Of a DNA stretch of 64,000 nucleotides, positions 50,137-59,025 are shown in pieces. The notes under the pieces are model-generated. The model was given only the letters and a program-made list of their open reading frames with translations, was not told where the DNA came from and searched no databases. Position numbers and translations under genes: made by a program. The DNA lies in contig JAVLKG010000017.1 of the NCBI GenBank assembly GCA_032128875.1, positions 1 through 64,000 of the forward strand, read 5' to 3'. Source of the DNA: Candidatus Melainabacteria bacterium 17Bon1m. Lineage in GTDB: Bacteria; Cyanobacteriota; Vampirovibrionia; Obscuribacterales; Obscuribacteraceae. Every line of letters starts with the position of its first letter. Positions within the stretch are counted from its first letter, which is position 1.

Positions 50137-50550
50137 CTACGCTGGCTGTAGAACCCGACGTTCGGCCTCGTCCATCTCACTCTGTTGAACAAATTCTTGT
50201 CGCAAAATCTCAAAGGAATCTAGAAGGAAAACAATCGTTTCACTTTGAGAAAGATCGTATACGGTGGCGATTTCGTCAAACCGCTCTTTTACGGCCTTCT
50301 CGACTTGGATATGCAAGTGAGCGTCATAGTTTTTGCTCGGGCGCCCACGGCCTCTAGTCGCAAGAGACGCTTGTTTTTGTTGGGCGTACATATGAGCACC
50401 GATCATCTCAATGTATTTTGTGAGCGCCGATGGTCTGTCCTGTCCTGTTGAGTGAAATGAAGCTGCTGGTGAATGCACCGTCCACTTGTTGCTTCCTTCT
50501 AGTTTGCGAGCAACTGCCGTTGTGCTCATTAGTGTCGTATTGATAGTCAT
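50137..50550 (-). CDS. RHH-like DNA-binding protein
   Basis: 'RGRGRPSK..LHIQV..KERFDEIA..LSQSE'; GAGG RBS. Confidence 0.6.
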   Translation of the reverse strand: MTINTTLMSTTAVARKLEGSNKWTVHSPAASFHSTGQDRPSALTKYIEMIGAHMYAQQKQASLATRGRGRPSKNYDAHLHIQVEKAVKERFDEIATVYDLSQSETIVFLLDSFEILRQEFVQQSEMDEAERRVLQPA

Positions 50551-50601
50551 GGTTCCTCAACTTTAAATTCGAATTGCTGAATGGTATGCAACGGGATGTA
50601 C

Positions 50602-50937
50602 TTAAAACTGGCTCTGTGTCACTGCCTCTGTGGATGCATCTTCAAAGAGTGATAGGTTATAGTCTGGTTGATGAAGTTCAAGATGAGCTTTGATTGCCCG
50701 CTCTAGTAAGTTGAGAGCGTGGGCTGTAACGGCTAATCGTCCTTGAGCCTTTTCATCGTCAATCACCTGAATAGTGTTGATATGATCACCGTCCTTCTTA
50801 CAGAAGATGTTGAAGATGTCGTTGGATTGAGCATACTGAGCCTCTTCCATTTCGTTGCTTTTCAGCAGTTGTTTTAATGACTCAAAATCCATTACCTTGT
50901 TCCTGCAAATGCCGACTCCGCAACATTTTGGCATCAT
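50602..50937 (-). CDS. hypothetical protein
   Basis: ~100 aa ORF (likely start MDFES) upstream of the RHH-like gene. Confidence 0.5.
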   Translation of the reverse strand: MMPKCCGVGICRNKVMDFESLKQLLKSNEMEEAQYAQSNDIFNIFCKKDGDHINTIQVIDDEKAQGRLAVTAHALNLLERAIKAHLELHQPDYNLSLFEDASTEAVTQSQF

Positions 50938-51115
50938 AGGCTGTTGCTGACAAGGGTATTTATTGTATATACAGACATACCATTTTGAGCTTCTTGATAA
51001 TGTAAAATGTTTGTTAAATCGTATTATTCTGTGGCGAATATTGGATTTGTTTGTTTAAAACCGCTATAATATTTAGTGTGGGGAAATTCCCCTTCCTTAA
51101 TAGAGGTTTTCACAG

Positions 51116-51373
51116 ATGCAGACAACATCAAATGCTAGCAAGCCGCACCCAGAGCGTGATCTGGTAGAAATCAAGATCAACCGTGTTGAATACAAAATTC
51201 CCCGCGGTCCTTTGAAAGTGACTTCATTAAAGGATTGGGCTGAAATACCCCCGGCTGATGAAGTCGAGCAAGTCCGTCACGGCAATCTAGAGCCAATAGC
51301 CGACGACGCCACCCTGGAAATAAAGGGCGGCGAGAAATTCATCTCCCACCCAAGAGATGGAGGTTCCTCCTAA
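51116..51373 (+). CDS. ubiquitin-like (multiubiquitin-domain) protein
   Basis: Beta-grasp pattern 'EIKINRVEY..I.DD..LEIKGGEKFIS'; C-terminus DGGSS. Confidence 0.8.
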   Translation: MQTTSNASKPHPERDLVEIKINRVEYKIPRGPLKVTSLKDWAEIPPADEVEQVRHGNLEPIADDATLEIKGGEKFISHPRDGGSS

Positions 51374-51726
51374 TGCAATTTCCAATCGAGCAAATTGACG
51401 AACTTCGTTCTATATATCCTGACGTGAAACAGATGGAAGAAGGTGGCACACCCTATTTCTTGCTACCTAATGTTTCCCTTCCTGGGGGAGCAACTCCTGC
51501 CACTGTTGACCTGCTTCTTCGTCCTGTACACATGGATGGCTACGATTCTCGGCTTTTCTACTCGCAACAGCCAACCTTTGCCAACCGAACTCATCAGGAA
51601 GCGCTTAATTGGAACGCCCAAGGTGTTCATATGCTCTCGAGAAACTGGTACGCCTTCTCGTGGAGAACAAAACCTGGCCTGACTTTGGCGCAAATGGTTG
51701 CTATGCATTTGAGGGCAGTACGATGA
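51373..51726 (+). CDS. prokaryotic E2-like protein (Cys-less)
   Basis: 'LLPNVSLP..VDLLL.P..GY..RLF..NW..WYAFSW..HL'; TAATG overlap with the Ubl gene. Confidence 0.75.
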   Translation: MQFPIEQIDELRSIYPDVKQMEEGGTPYFLLPNVSLPGGATPATVDLLLRPVHMDGYDSRLFYSQQPTFANRTHQEALNWNAQGVHMLSRNWYAFSWRTKPGLTLAQMVAMHLRAVR

Positions 51727-53027
51727 AAACTCAAGTCAGAATTGCACGCCAACTCTACAACAGAATAATGGCTGACATGGGTAGACCGCATTCGTTTGCC
51801 TATGAGCGAATTGGCTTCTGTCGCGCCAGAATAGGTAATGAGAAGAGCTCCAATCCGATCATATTTCTTGCGGAATATTGGTCTGTTCCAGACGATCAGT
51901 ACATCGCTGATGAGTACGCTGGCGCACGTATAAACAGCGAGGCAATCCGAAACGCGCTTCAGTCCTCGCTAAGCGATGATGTCGGAATCTTTCATATACA
52001 CATGCACGATTTTCCCGGAATACCCTCATTTAGTCCGATGGATAGGCGAGAAATTCCGCGAATCGTTCAAAGTTTGACTTTCACAAATCCTGGCGTGCCG
52101 CATGGAATGCTGGTCTTTGGACGAGATAAGGCATATGCTGAAGTGTGCATGCCTAACGATATCCTTCGACCAGTCGACCGCATAACTGTCGTTGGACATC
52201 CAACACAGGTGCTCAGTGCGCTGCCTAAATTCGCTAACAGTGACCGCTTTAGTCGACAGACTTTTCTCGGTCATGATGCTCCTGAGCGAATTGATTCGTT
52301 GAAAATTGGCATCGTCGGACTCAGTGGTGGCGGTTCTCATATCGCACAGCAGGCTAGCCATACAGGTTTTGCTAACTTTGCACTCTTTGACGCCCAAGCA
52401 ATAGACTGTTCAAATCTGAATCGTCTTGTTGGTGGAACCGAAGATGATGTTCTCAAAGGTCGTCTCAAAATTTCTATTGCCGATAGAGTGATAACAAGCA
52501 TTAATGGCTTAGCTAACACGGAGCCTGTCCCCGCCCGTTGGCAAGACTTTCCGGAATCTCTGCGAAGCTGCGATATCGTTTTCGGCTGCCTTGATGGTTT
52601 CGATGAGCGCCGACAACTGGAAGCTGCCTGCCGTAGATATCTCATTCCGCTTATTGACGTAGGAATGGACGTTACTGAAATGACGGGAAAGCCACCTCGA
52701 ATGGCTGGACAAGTCATTTTGTCCCTGCCCGGTTATCCTTGCTTTCATTGCATTGGATTTTTGAATGAGAGAAACCTTGCAGCGGAAGCGGCAAGATATG
52801 GAGATGCCGGCATCAATCCACAGGTGGTTTGGCCAAATGGAGTCTTAGCTTCTACGGCAGTTGGAATCGCAGTCGACCTAGTCACTGATTGGAGAAAGTC
52901 CAAACCTGGTCTGATTTATAAGAGCTACGATGGCAACAGCGACAATCTTACTGACCATCCACGTTTTGAATACGTCAGTGACCGCGGCTGCCCGCACTAC
53001 CCGCTGGACGCTTTGGGAGATCCATAG
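51723..53027 (+). CDS. JAB peptidase-ThiF/E1 fusion
   Basis: 'ERIGF', 'HIHMH..FSPMD' (JAB); 'IVGLSGGGS', 'SNLNRL', 'GCLD' and 'PCFHC' (ThiF). ATGA overlap with the E2 gene. Confidence 0.88.
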   Translation: MKTQVRIARQLYNRIMADMGRPHSFAYERIGFCRARIGNEKSSNPIIFLAEYWSVPDDQYIADEYAGARINSEAIRNALQSSLSDDVGIFHIHMHDFPGIPSFSPMDRREIPRIVQSLTFTNPGVPHGMLVFGRDKAYAEVCMPNDILRPVDRITVVGHPTQVLSALPKFANSDRFSRQTFLGHDAPERIDSLKIGIVGLSGGGSHIAQQASHTGFANFALFDAQAIDCSNLNRLVGGTEDDVLKGRLKISIADRVITSINGLANTEPVPARWQDFPESLRSCDIVFGCLDGFDERRQLEAACRRYLIPLIDVGMDVTEMTGKPPRMAGQVILSLPGYPCFHCIGFLNERNLAAEAARYGDAGINPQVVWPNGVLASTAVGIAVDLVTDWRKSKPGLIYKSYDGNSDNLTDHPRFEYVSDRGCPHYPLDALGDP

Positions 53028-53177
53028 ACTTCAGAACTGATTCTTATGGAAACCAGCATTTGGCTTTTGGCGACTACCAGCTGGTTTTAATGTTCTATGG
53101 CCGTTTATGAGAGTTCTATATCCATCAATTTGATTTGAGTTTTGATACCTGTTCTTGGCGGGAATACAAATTCAATC

Positions 53178-54593
53178 ATGCAACGCTCATTGTCAGTTCA
53201 CATCGTCAAACAAGGTTTGCAGTCTGGGCTCACCAAATTCTTTGGTCGAGCCACGCGAGCTGCGCTTATCTACTCGTCTGATGTTGCGGAAGCAAATGAT
53301 TTCTCAGTTTACGACACGACCGGGCTTTTGGAAAAATATAAACCAGATATCAGTGCTTATTTCCAGAGCGCTGACGCTGTTCCCCGGCAAACTAAGATTG
53401 ACAAAATTTCCGAGACTGTTCGGACAAGACCCCGACTCTCCAATGACCTTTATTGTTTGATCGAGCAGTCAAACGATGTCTTTTTTCACATGTGGTTTGT
53501 CGAGCGACACCAGAGTGAAAGCCCAGGCAGCTTGCTTGATCAATGGATTCTTTTTGCACAGCTTCCATTGCTTAGGCCGGATGGCGAGATGAACATTGGA
53601 ACGCAAATTGGTGGAGGCCGACTTGCTGAACATGCCGCATTCGATGTTGTTAGAGAAGTAATAATGGAGCAGATGTTCCCGCGCACTTTGGCAGGTGGTC
53701 AGGCCGATGCTGAGATCGTTCTTGAATCGCTTATGGAAATTGCGACCGTCAAAGAAGAAGGATCCGGTTGCTCAGGCACTTTGGCAATCTTTGACCGAAA
53801 TCCGACCGGTCAACCAAAAGTGGACTATCCTCTGAAGACGCCGGTAGCCATCGACAAATTCAAACATGTTAGAAAGTTTTTGACCGCTACCAGTGATGAC
53901 TATCAGCTGGTGGCTATTGCTGGAAACATTGTCGGTTTCTCTCACAGAAAATCCATTAAAAGTCCGCTTTTGGCTTCTTTCGATCGTGGAAAGCTCACAC
54001 TAACCCTGAACAAAGTTCCACTTTGTCAAATTAGTAATGGGACCTTTAGAGCTATCGAAAGCAAATGGACTTTGGACATAAACAACCAAACAAAATCCTT
54101 GTCTAGGCTTGATGCCGCGACGAAACTGCGTGTTCAAGAGTTCGTCAATAAGTTAGTTACAACTGCTCGCAATGAGCATTTTGGATGTACTCTCCTTCTG
54201 GACTCAGGTGAACCTTGTAAGCGCAGGTTGAGCGGACAGAAACTAGAAACTCCTGTTGCATTGAATGAAGACACTTTCAATCTCTTCTCAGATATGTGTA
54301 AAGTTGATGGAGCTGTCCACATCGACGTTAATAAGCTTCACTTGTGCGCTTTTGCCTGTCTTTTGGACGGTGAATCTGGTGATACCGAAGAACTTTCTCG
54401 TGGAGCTCGCTTCAACTCTGCGCAGAGATACAGTCGCAAAACTGAAAATATGGTCGTCCTTGTTGTTTCAGAAGACGGACCGGTCACTATTTTTGAAGGC
54501 GGCGAGACGGCTGCTGTAATTGAAAAGTATGTGAGAGATCACGAATGCAAACATTCTCCACCGAAACTGAGTGAGTGGTTGAACTCGAAGTAA
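53178..54593 (+). CDS. diadenylate cyclase (DisA_N/DAC) domain protein with N-terminal sensor-like domains
   Basis: 'VDGAVHID', 'FACLLDG', 'RGARFNSAQRY' and 'VVSEDG'. Confidence 0.82.
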   Translation: MQRSLSVHIVKQGLQSGLTKFFGRATRAALIYSSDVAEANDFSVYDTTGLLEKYKPDISAYFQSADAVPRQTKIDKISETVRTRPRLSNDLYCLIEQSNDVFFHMWFVERHQSESPGSLLDQWILFAQLPLLRPDGEMNIGTQIGGGRLAEHAAFDVVREVIMEQMFPRTLAGGQADAEIVLESLMEIATVKEEGSGCSGTLAIFDRNPTGQPKVDYPLKTPVAIDKFKHVRKFLTATSDDYQLVAIAGNIVGFSHRKSIKSPLLASFDRGKLTLTLNKVPLCQISNGTFRAIESKWTLDINNQTKSLSRLDAATKLRVQEFVNKLVTTARNEHFGCTLLLDSGEPCKRRLSGQKLETPVALNEDTFNLFSDMCKVDGAVHIDVNKLHLCAFACLLDGESGDTEELSRGARFNSAQRYSRKTENMVVLVVSEDGPVTIFEGGETAAVIEKYVRDHECKHSPPKLSEWLNSK

Positions 54594-54690
54594 GCGCGAG
54601 CTTTGAATAGGCTATTGCTTCTCTCTAGATTATTCGTCAAGCCGGCTGCTTTGTTTTGGCGAAACCACCATTGAAACCTAGGTAGATGGT

Positions 54691-54815
54691 GCGCGCTGTT
54701 CGCCCATTATGCCGCCTCGGCGCCACCGCAGTGCGTTTGGGTAATCATGTCTGACGTCTAATTCTCTGTTCAGCCGCACAGCGGAGCCGAGGCGGCTGGG
54801 CGTTTTTGCAGCGCG
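54691..54815. repeat. long imperfect GC-rich stem-loop upstream of the GP88-like gene
   Basis: CGCGCTG/CAGCGCG, CGCCCA/TGGGCG and GCCGCCTCGG/CCGAGGCGGC nested arms. Confidence 0.75.
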
Positions 54816-54848
54816 AGCTGCTGAAACACCAGCATGAGGGCTTGAGAA

Positions 54849-55640
54849 ATGACAAAGCGTGACTATGGTTTGGAGCTCACGAATAATAGCAAAGTCGGCT
54901 GGGCATTTAGTCTTCCACGCAGTAAGACATGCATTAATGCCACCACTATCTGCAAGAAACTTTGCTACGGAAATGGCATTCGCTATCAATCTGCTGGTCA
55001 TAAAGCAAAGCGTGAGCGCAACTTTCGCACTATTCAATTTCTTTTAAATGAAGGCGGTCCAGAGTTGCTTTCACAGAATTTGTCTCTAATGGTCGATCAG
55101 GCTCGTCCTCGCGATTGGCTCTGTGCAAAGATTACTGCTACTGAAACTGTGATTCCCTGGACGCTTCGCATTCATGATATTGGTGATTTCCATTGCGTGG
55201 GCTATGTTGAAGCCTGGTTTCTAACCGTTCAAAAATATCCAGACTGCAAATTTTGGTTTTATACTCGCAGTTTTGCTGAAGTGGAACTATTCACCGCTTT
55301 GACAAAACTTGCAGCTCTGCCAAACTGTCGGGGCTGGCTTTCAGTCGATTCAGAGAACTTTGAGCAAGCCATTCTTGCAAAGTGCAACACTGAATCTTCG
55401 ATCTGGAATTTTGCCATGCTCCAAGATCCGCAGATGCATGATGAGGTATTGTCGGCGCTTAAGATCGTCGAGACATCGGCCAAAATAATCAATTTCCCAT
55501 ATCATCGCGGTGGCAGACATGTTCAGCCTTTGCATGACAGTATTCTTATCAACTGTCCTGCAGTTGTGGGTAGTATGAATTTGCAATCTAGCAAAGATGT
55601 TGCTCGTCCCTGCCAATCATGCAGCATGTGTTTACCGTAG
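54849..55640 (+). CDS. GP88-like (phage/plasmid) Cys-cluster protein
   Basis: 'NSKVG..FSLP..TC..C..CY', 'RIHDIGDF', 'WFYTRS' and terminal CxxCxxC. Confidence 0.75.
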   Translation: MTKRDYGLELTNNSKVGWAFSLPRSKTCINATTICKKLCYGNGIRYQSAGHKAKRERNFRTIQFLLNEGGPELLSQNLSLMVDQARPRDWLCAKITATETVIPWTLRIHDIGDFHCVGYVEAWFLTVQKYPDCKFWFYTRSFAEVELFTALTKLAALPNCRGWLSVDSENFEQAILAKCNTESSIWNFAMLQDPQMHDEVLSALKIVETSAKIINFPYHRGGRHVQPLHDSILINCPAVVGSMNLQSSKDVARPCQSCSMCLP

Positions 55641-55968
55641 TTTTTTGTGTGACGTGAGTTTGCTGATGTGGCTCTGGCTCAGTTGAAAGCATTTGTTTCG
55701 ATGGCAATTCTCTATCGGTGAATTCTACTTCTTTGTATTTGTCTAGACCTTGCTCACTGATTCTTGCTTTTCGGTAGACGAGTCGGTTTTCGCAAGCTAA
55801 TTTCCCAGGACGTATGGTCAGTCGTTTGCTCAAAGGTCGACCGTGCCTGTTTTTTTTAGCGTTTGATTGTTTCTTTCGCTCGTTGCTTGTCCCGTCGTTG
55901 CTGACTGGTTGGGAGGCGCGCCGTCTGTACGACTTGTGGTGAGTTTGTTCTCGTCGGGCTTCCCCAGG

Positions 55969-56094
55969 GCTGTGTAAAACAAGTGCAAATCCTGGCACAT
56001 CTTGCCTCTTACGCAATGACTTAATCCCTTCGGGACGCTGCGCGGTCATGCACCAGATTCAATCCGTGCCGACCTTGGCGCACTTAAACACAGC
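55969..56094. repeat. long nested stem-loop upstream of ssb
   Basis: GCTGTGT/ACACAGC, AAGTGC/GCACTT, GGCAC/GTGCC and ATGAC/GTCAT arms, with inner TCCCTTCGGGA and CGCTGCGCG. Confidence 0.65.
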
Positions 56095-56111
56095 ACTGGA
56101 GGTGCAGTCTC

Positions 56112-56492
56112 ATGAATCAAATCACTCTCATCGGCAAAGTCGGCGGCGAACCTACAGCAGTTACCTTCACCGATTCGGATAACAAGCTTGCGAAATTCTC
56201 TATCGCTGTGCCTGAGTATTCATCCAAAGTCGACGATCCAGAGCCGCTCTGGATTGATGTTGATGCCTGGGGAAATTTAGCTGAGCGAGTTCTCGACTAT
56301 GTCACCAAAGGTCGCGAAATTTGTGTCTCAGGCAAGCTCTCGATTGTCAAATACAACAAGGAAGTAAATGGTGTCACCGTAAAGATGACTAAGCCTGTCG
56401 TGAAACTCTCGAGCTTTCACCTCTGTGGCAAGAAGCCTCAAAGCGACAGTGCATCTTCAAAACCTACAAAAAGAAAGCGCAATGCTGCGTGA
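56112..56492 (+). CDS. ssb: single-stranded DNA-binding protein
   Basis: 'MNQITLIG', 'WIDVDAWG.LAE' and 'KG..I.VSGKL'; GGAGG RBS. Confidence 0.9.
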   Translation: MNQITLIGKVGGEPTAVTFTDSDNKLAKFSIAVPEYSSKVDDPEPLWIDVDAWGNLAERVLDYVTKGREICVSGKLSIVKYNKEVNGVTVKMTKPVVKLSSFHLCGKKPQSDSASSKPTKRKRNAA

Positions 56493-56499
56493 TCTAGAG

Positions 56500-56523
56500 G
56501 GGCGGGACTTTGTCCCGCCCTTT
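56500..56523 (+). terminator. hairpin terminator after ssb
   Basis: GGGCGGGAC-TTT-GTCCCGCCC-TTT. Confidence 0.7.
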
Positions 56524-56565
56524 CCTCAATTTTTGTTTGTATTTTCGCCTTTTGGAGTATTTGCA

Positions 56566-56841
56566 ATGAAATCTTCGAAGAATCTACTTGCTTTGGACGG
56601 CATCGAAACGTTGTCCCTCACTCGCGAAGAGTGGCAACTAATAGACGTTGCTATTTGTGGCTATATTGCGCTATGGACGCTCAAGGCTGTTCCGCCAAAG
56701 CTGGACAAACTTCAAGCTGTTCTAAAGGCAGTGAGGGCGCTCTGGTTTGAGGACCGACATGAGCGTCGTAAAACTGGTTTTTGTCGGGTTTGCGGTCACT
56801 ATGGCTCTGACTGCACTGGTCGCCAAAGTCCTCGTAAATAG
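56566..56841 (+). CDS. small hypothetical protein with C-terminal CxxCxH..C
   Basis: GGAG RBS, ATG at 56566; followed by a hairpin at 56850-56871. Confidence 0.5.
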   Translation: MKSSKNLLALDGIETLSLTREEWQLIDVAICGYIALWTLKAVPPKLDKLQAVLKAVRALWFEDRHERRKTGFCRVCGHYGSDCTGRQSPRK

Positions 56842-56941
56842 TCAGCGTCGGGGCTGGTCTTCACCAGCCCCTTATTTCTTGTCAGAAATGGCGGTTACTC
56901 AAATATCTTCTCGGTGGGAAAAATATGATTGAGCTTTTGAG

Positions 56942-57622
56942 GTGTGGGTTATGGATCTAAATACAAAAGTTTCTGGCGATTGGACTGCTGGTCATTGGAA
57001 AGCCGAAAGCGCGAAATTGAAACCTGGTGAAGACGAGCATCTTTGGAAAATTGCATTTACCAGGTATTTTCGCGAACGCTTACAGATAAGGTATTTCGAC
57101 CCAATAAAAGCAATAGAAGGTCTCGGAAAGCATGAGGGCAAAGGATTTGCTATCGTCGCCATTCAATGCAGTCTAATTGAATTTTTGGAGTCGACCTATC
57201 AAGGCAAAGCTTACAAGCACATGCCGGTGAAAAAACACTGTGATGGCTGTACGTGCTCATTGCCGACGAAACCAGTTGCCGCGAAAGTAGTCAATGAATA
57301 TCACAATAGTTCAGGGATGTTCACCAAATTTCTGAGAAGCAAAATGAGTGATTCTTTTACAACAAAACAGGCTGAGTCTTTCTACAAAGCTGTGAGGTGT
57401 GGGCTTCTTCACGAAGCAAGGACCAAAGGTGATTGGAAAATCAATGTTGGCGATGGCAAAGGACCGCCAGTCAAAATCACAGCTGGAGAGAAGATTGTTT
57501 ACTGGAAAAACTTACGCAGAGGAATATCGGAATACATCGATTGGTATGAAGGACAACTTCTCGCTAGTCCAGATCTGCAGAAGAAATTCAAGGATAAGCT
57601 AGACAAGCTCTTTCTTGAATAG
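56942..57622 (+). CDS. HEPN-like hypothetical protein
   Basis: 'GFAIVAIQCSLIEFL' and RxxxxH motif 'RCGLLH'. Confidence 0.55.
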   Translation: MWVMDLNTKVSGDWTAGHWKAESAKLKPGEDEHLWKIAFTRYFRERLQIRYFDPIKAIEGLGKHEGKGFAIVAIQCSLIEFLESTYQGKAYKHMPVKKHCDGCTCSLPTKPVAAKVVNEYHNSSGMFTKFLRSKMSDSFTTKQAESFYKAVRCGLLHEARTKGDWKINVGDGKGPPVKITAGEKIVYWKNLRRGISEYIDWYEGQLLASPDLQKKFKDKLDKLFLE

Positions 57623-57749
57623 TCAGTGGCTGAACTCATTATGCTTTGTGAAGCCAGACTTTGAGCCGTAATCGCCACTGTATGATTTTTTAGAACAGTT
57701 AAATGCCCCGTTGATAAACCCTGGCACTGCCGGGCTGCTTGCTGCTCTT

Positions 57750-57859
57750 CCATGCCCGGCACTAGAGCCTACACGCCGCCACCCGAGTTCAAGCCCCAGC
57801 CAAAAGTCGCTGCGCGAGGCTTGAACTCGGGACCCTGGGCTGGCGTGTAACAGGCATGG
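57750..57859. repeat. long GC-rich stem-loop
   Basis: CCATGCC/GGCATGG, TACACGCC/GGCGTGTA and perfect 14-bp CCCGAGTTCAAGCC/GGCTTGAACTCGGG arms; inner CGCTGCGCG. Confidence 0.85.
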
Positions 57860-57943
57860 GCTGCATGGGGTGCGCGCGCATCCCTCGACAGACCATGCCT
57901 GGAGAAATGAATGCGGAATTAGAGCGGCTGTCCGAGAAATCTA

Positions 57944-58171
57944 CTACCAGACCCAGATGTCTTCCACTTCTTCGAAGTAGTCTTCAGGAAAACCATGTTC
58001 TTCAAGAAATGCTTTGACTTCTTCCCATTGGCAAAATATACCGGCCATCCAGCAGGCATCCCGTCTACCACGTGCTTCTTTCAGAAATTGGCCTATATCA
58101 ATCACTCCTCTTTTAAGCCTTATGACTGCGTTTCTGAATTCTAGTTTGATAATTCTTGGACTCTTTTCCAT
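57944..58171 (-). CDS. small hypothetical protein
   Basis: AAGGAG RBS; 75 aa. Confidence 0.55.
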   Translation of the reverse strand: MEKSPRIIKLEFRNAVIRLKRGVIDIGQFLKEARGRRDACWMAGIFCQWEEVKAFLEEHGFPEDYFEEVEDIWVW

Positions 58172-58323
58172 TTGGACATCTCCTTGATTCTTGGACTCGA
58201 TTGAATTTTAAATATGCAGTCAACCCCCTCCTTCTGAGCTGACTATCTGATTGGACCAGGACGACTTGAGTAGAACAAGGCATCAAGGAAAAGGTCCGTT
58301 TGGTCTCATTGGACGCAAAGCAA

Positions 58324-58354
58324 AAGTCGAAGCATGACTTAAATGCTTCGACTT
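58324..58354 (-). terminator. terminator after the TPR genes
   Basis: AAGTCGAAGCAT-N7-ATGCTTCGACTT. Confidence 0.7.
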
Positions 58355-58375
58355 AGTTGGTGAAAAAACTTGGGT

Positions 58376-59002
58376 CTACTGAGATGCGCGTTTCAATAAA
58401 TCTCTGATTTGAGGTACGTCAAGTCCGCTGTTTATAACCGTTTCTGCATCGATTTTGGCATTTTGTTTTCTGCCCATTTTGATAAAAGTTTCCGCTCTAA
58501 GAATGTAGCCACCTTGGTGTACTTTTGCTGGAAGCTTTATATCTTCGATCAGCGCCGTGGCAGACCCGATAGCTGTCGGATAGTCGCCGCCTTTGAGCGC
58601 GCTGGAAGCTTTTTCGACTGTCTCTCCGACTGTGCCACTGCCCATAACTTTGTTTCCTGCAATAATGCGGCTTTCGGCGTTATTCAATTGCTCGTAAATG
58701 ACGTGCTTGTTATAGCCTTTCTTAATCGCGTTTTCAAAGTCTGTTTTTGCTTTGGCATAATCTTTGGAGTCATAGTAGGCAGACCCTCTGAGTGCAATAT
58801 ATTCGCCGTTTGATGGGTCGTTGTTGGAGAGTTTTGTGAATTCGGAAATTGCAACGGAAAACTGTCTCGCCTTTATTGCTTCAATGCCTCTGAAGACAGC
58901 GCTGTCTCTTTGGTCTCTGCTTAATCCCTGAGCATGTGCAGTTGACACAAAGCTAGATGAGACAGCTATTGCACACATGGCTGAAATCAAGACTTTTGAC
59001 AT
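58376..59002 (-). CDS. secreted TPR protein
   Basis: Signal peptide ending AHA; TPR motifs 'RGSAYY..A..DF'. Confidence 0.8.
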   Translation of the reverse strand: MSKVLISAMCAIAVSSSFVSTAHAQGLSRDQRDSAVFRGIEAIKARQFSVAISEFTKLSNNDPSNGEYIALRGSAYYDSKDYAKAKTDFENAIKKGYNKHVIYEQLNNAESRIIAGNKVMGSGTVGETVEKASSALKGGDYPTAIGSATALIEDIKLPAKVHQGGYILRAETFIKMGRKQNAKIDAETVINSGLDVPQIRDLLKRASQ

Positions 59003-59025
59003 TGTTTTATCCCTCGTTTTGAGAA

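Noticed and set aside
55588-56049. 153-aa minus-strand ORF
   Set aside because: Lys/Arg-rich translation of a T-rich intergenic and hairpin region opposite ssb; likely non-coding.
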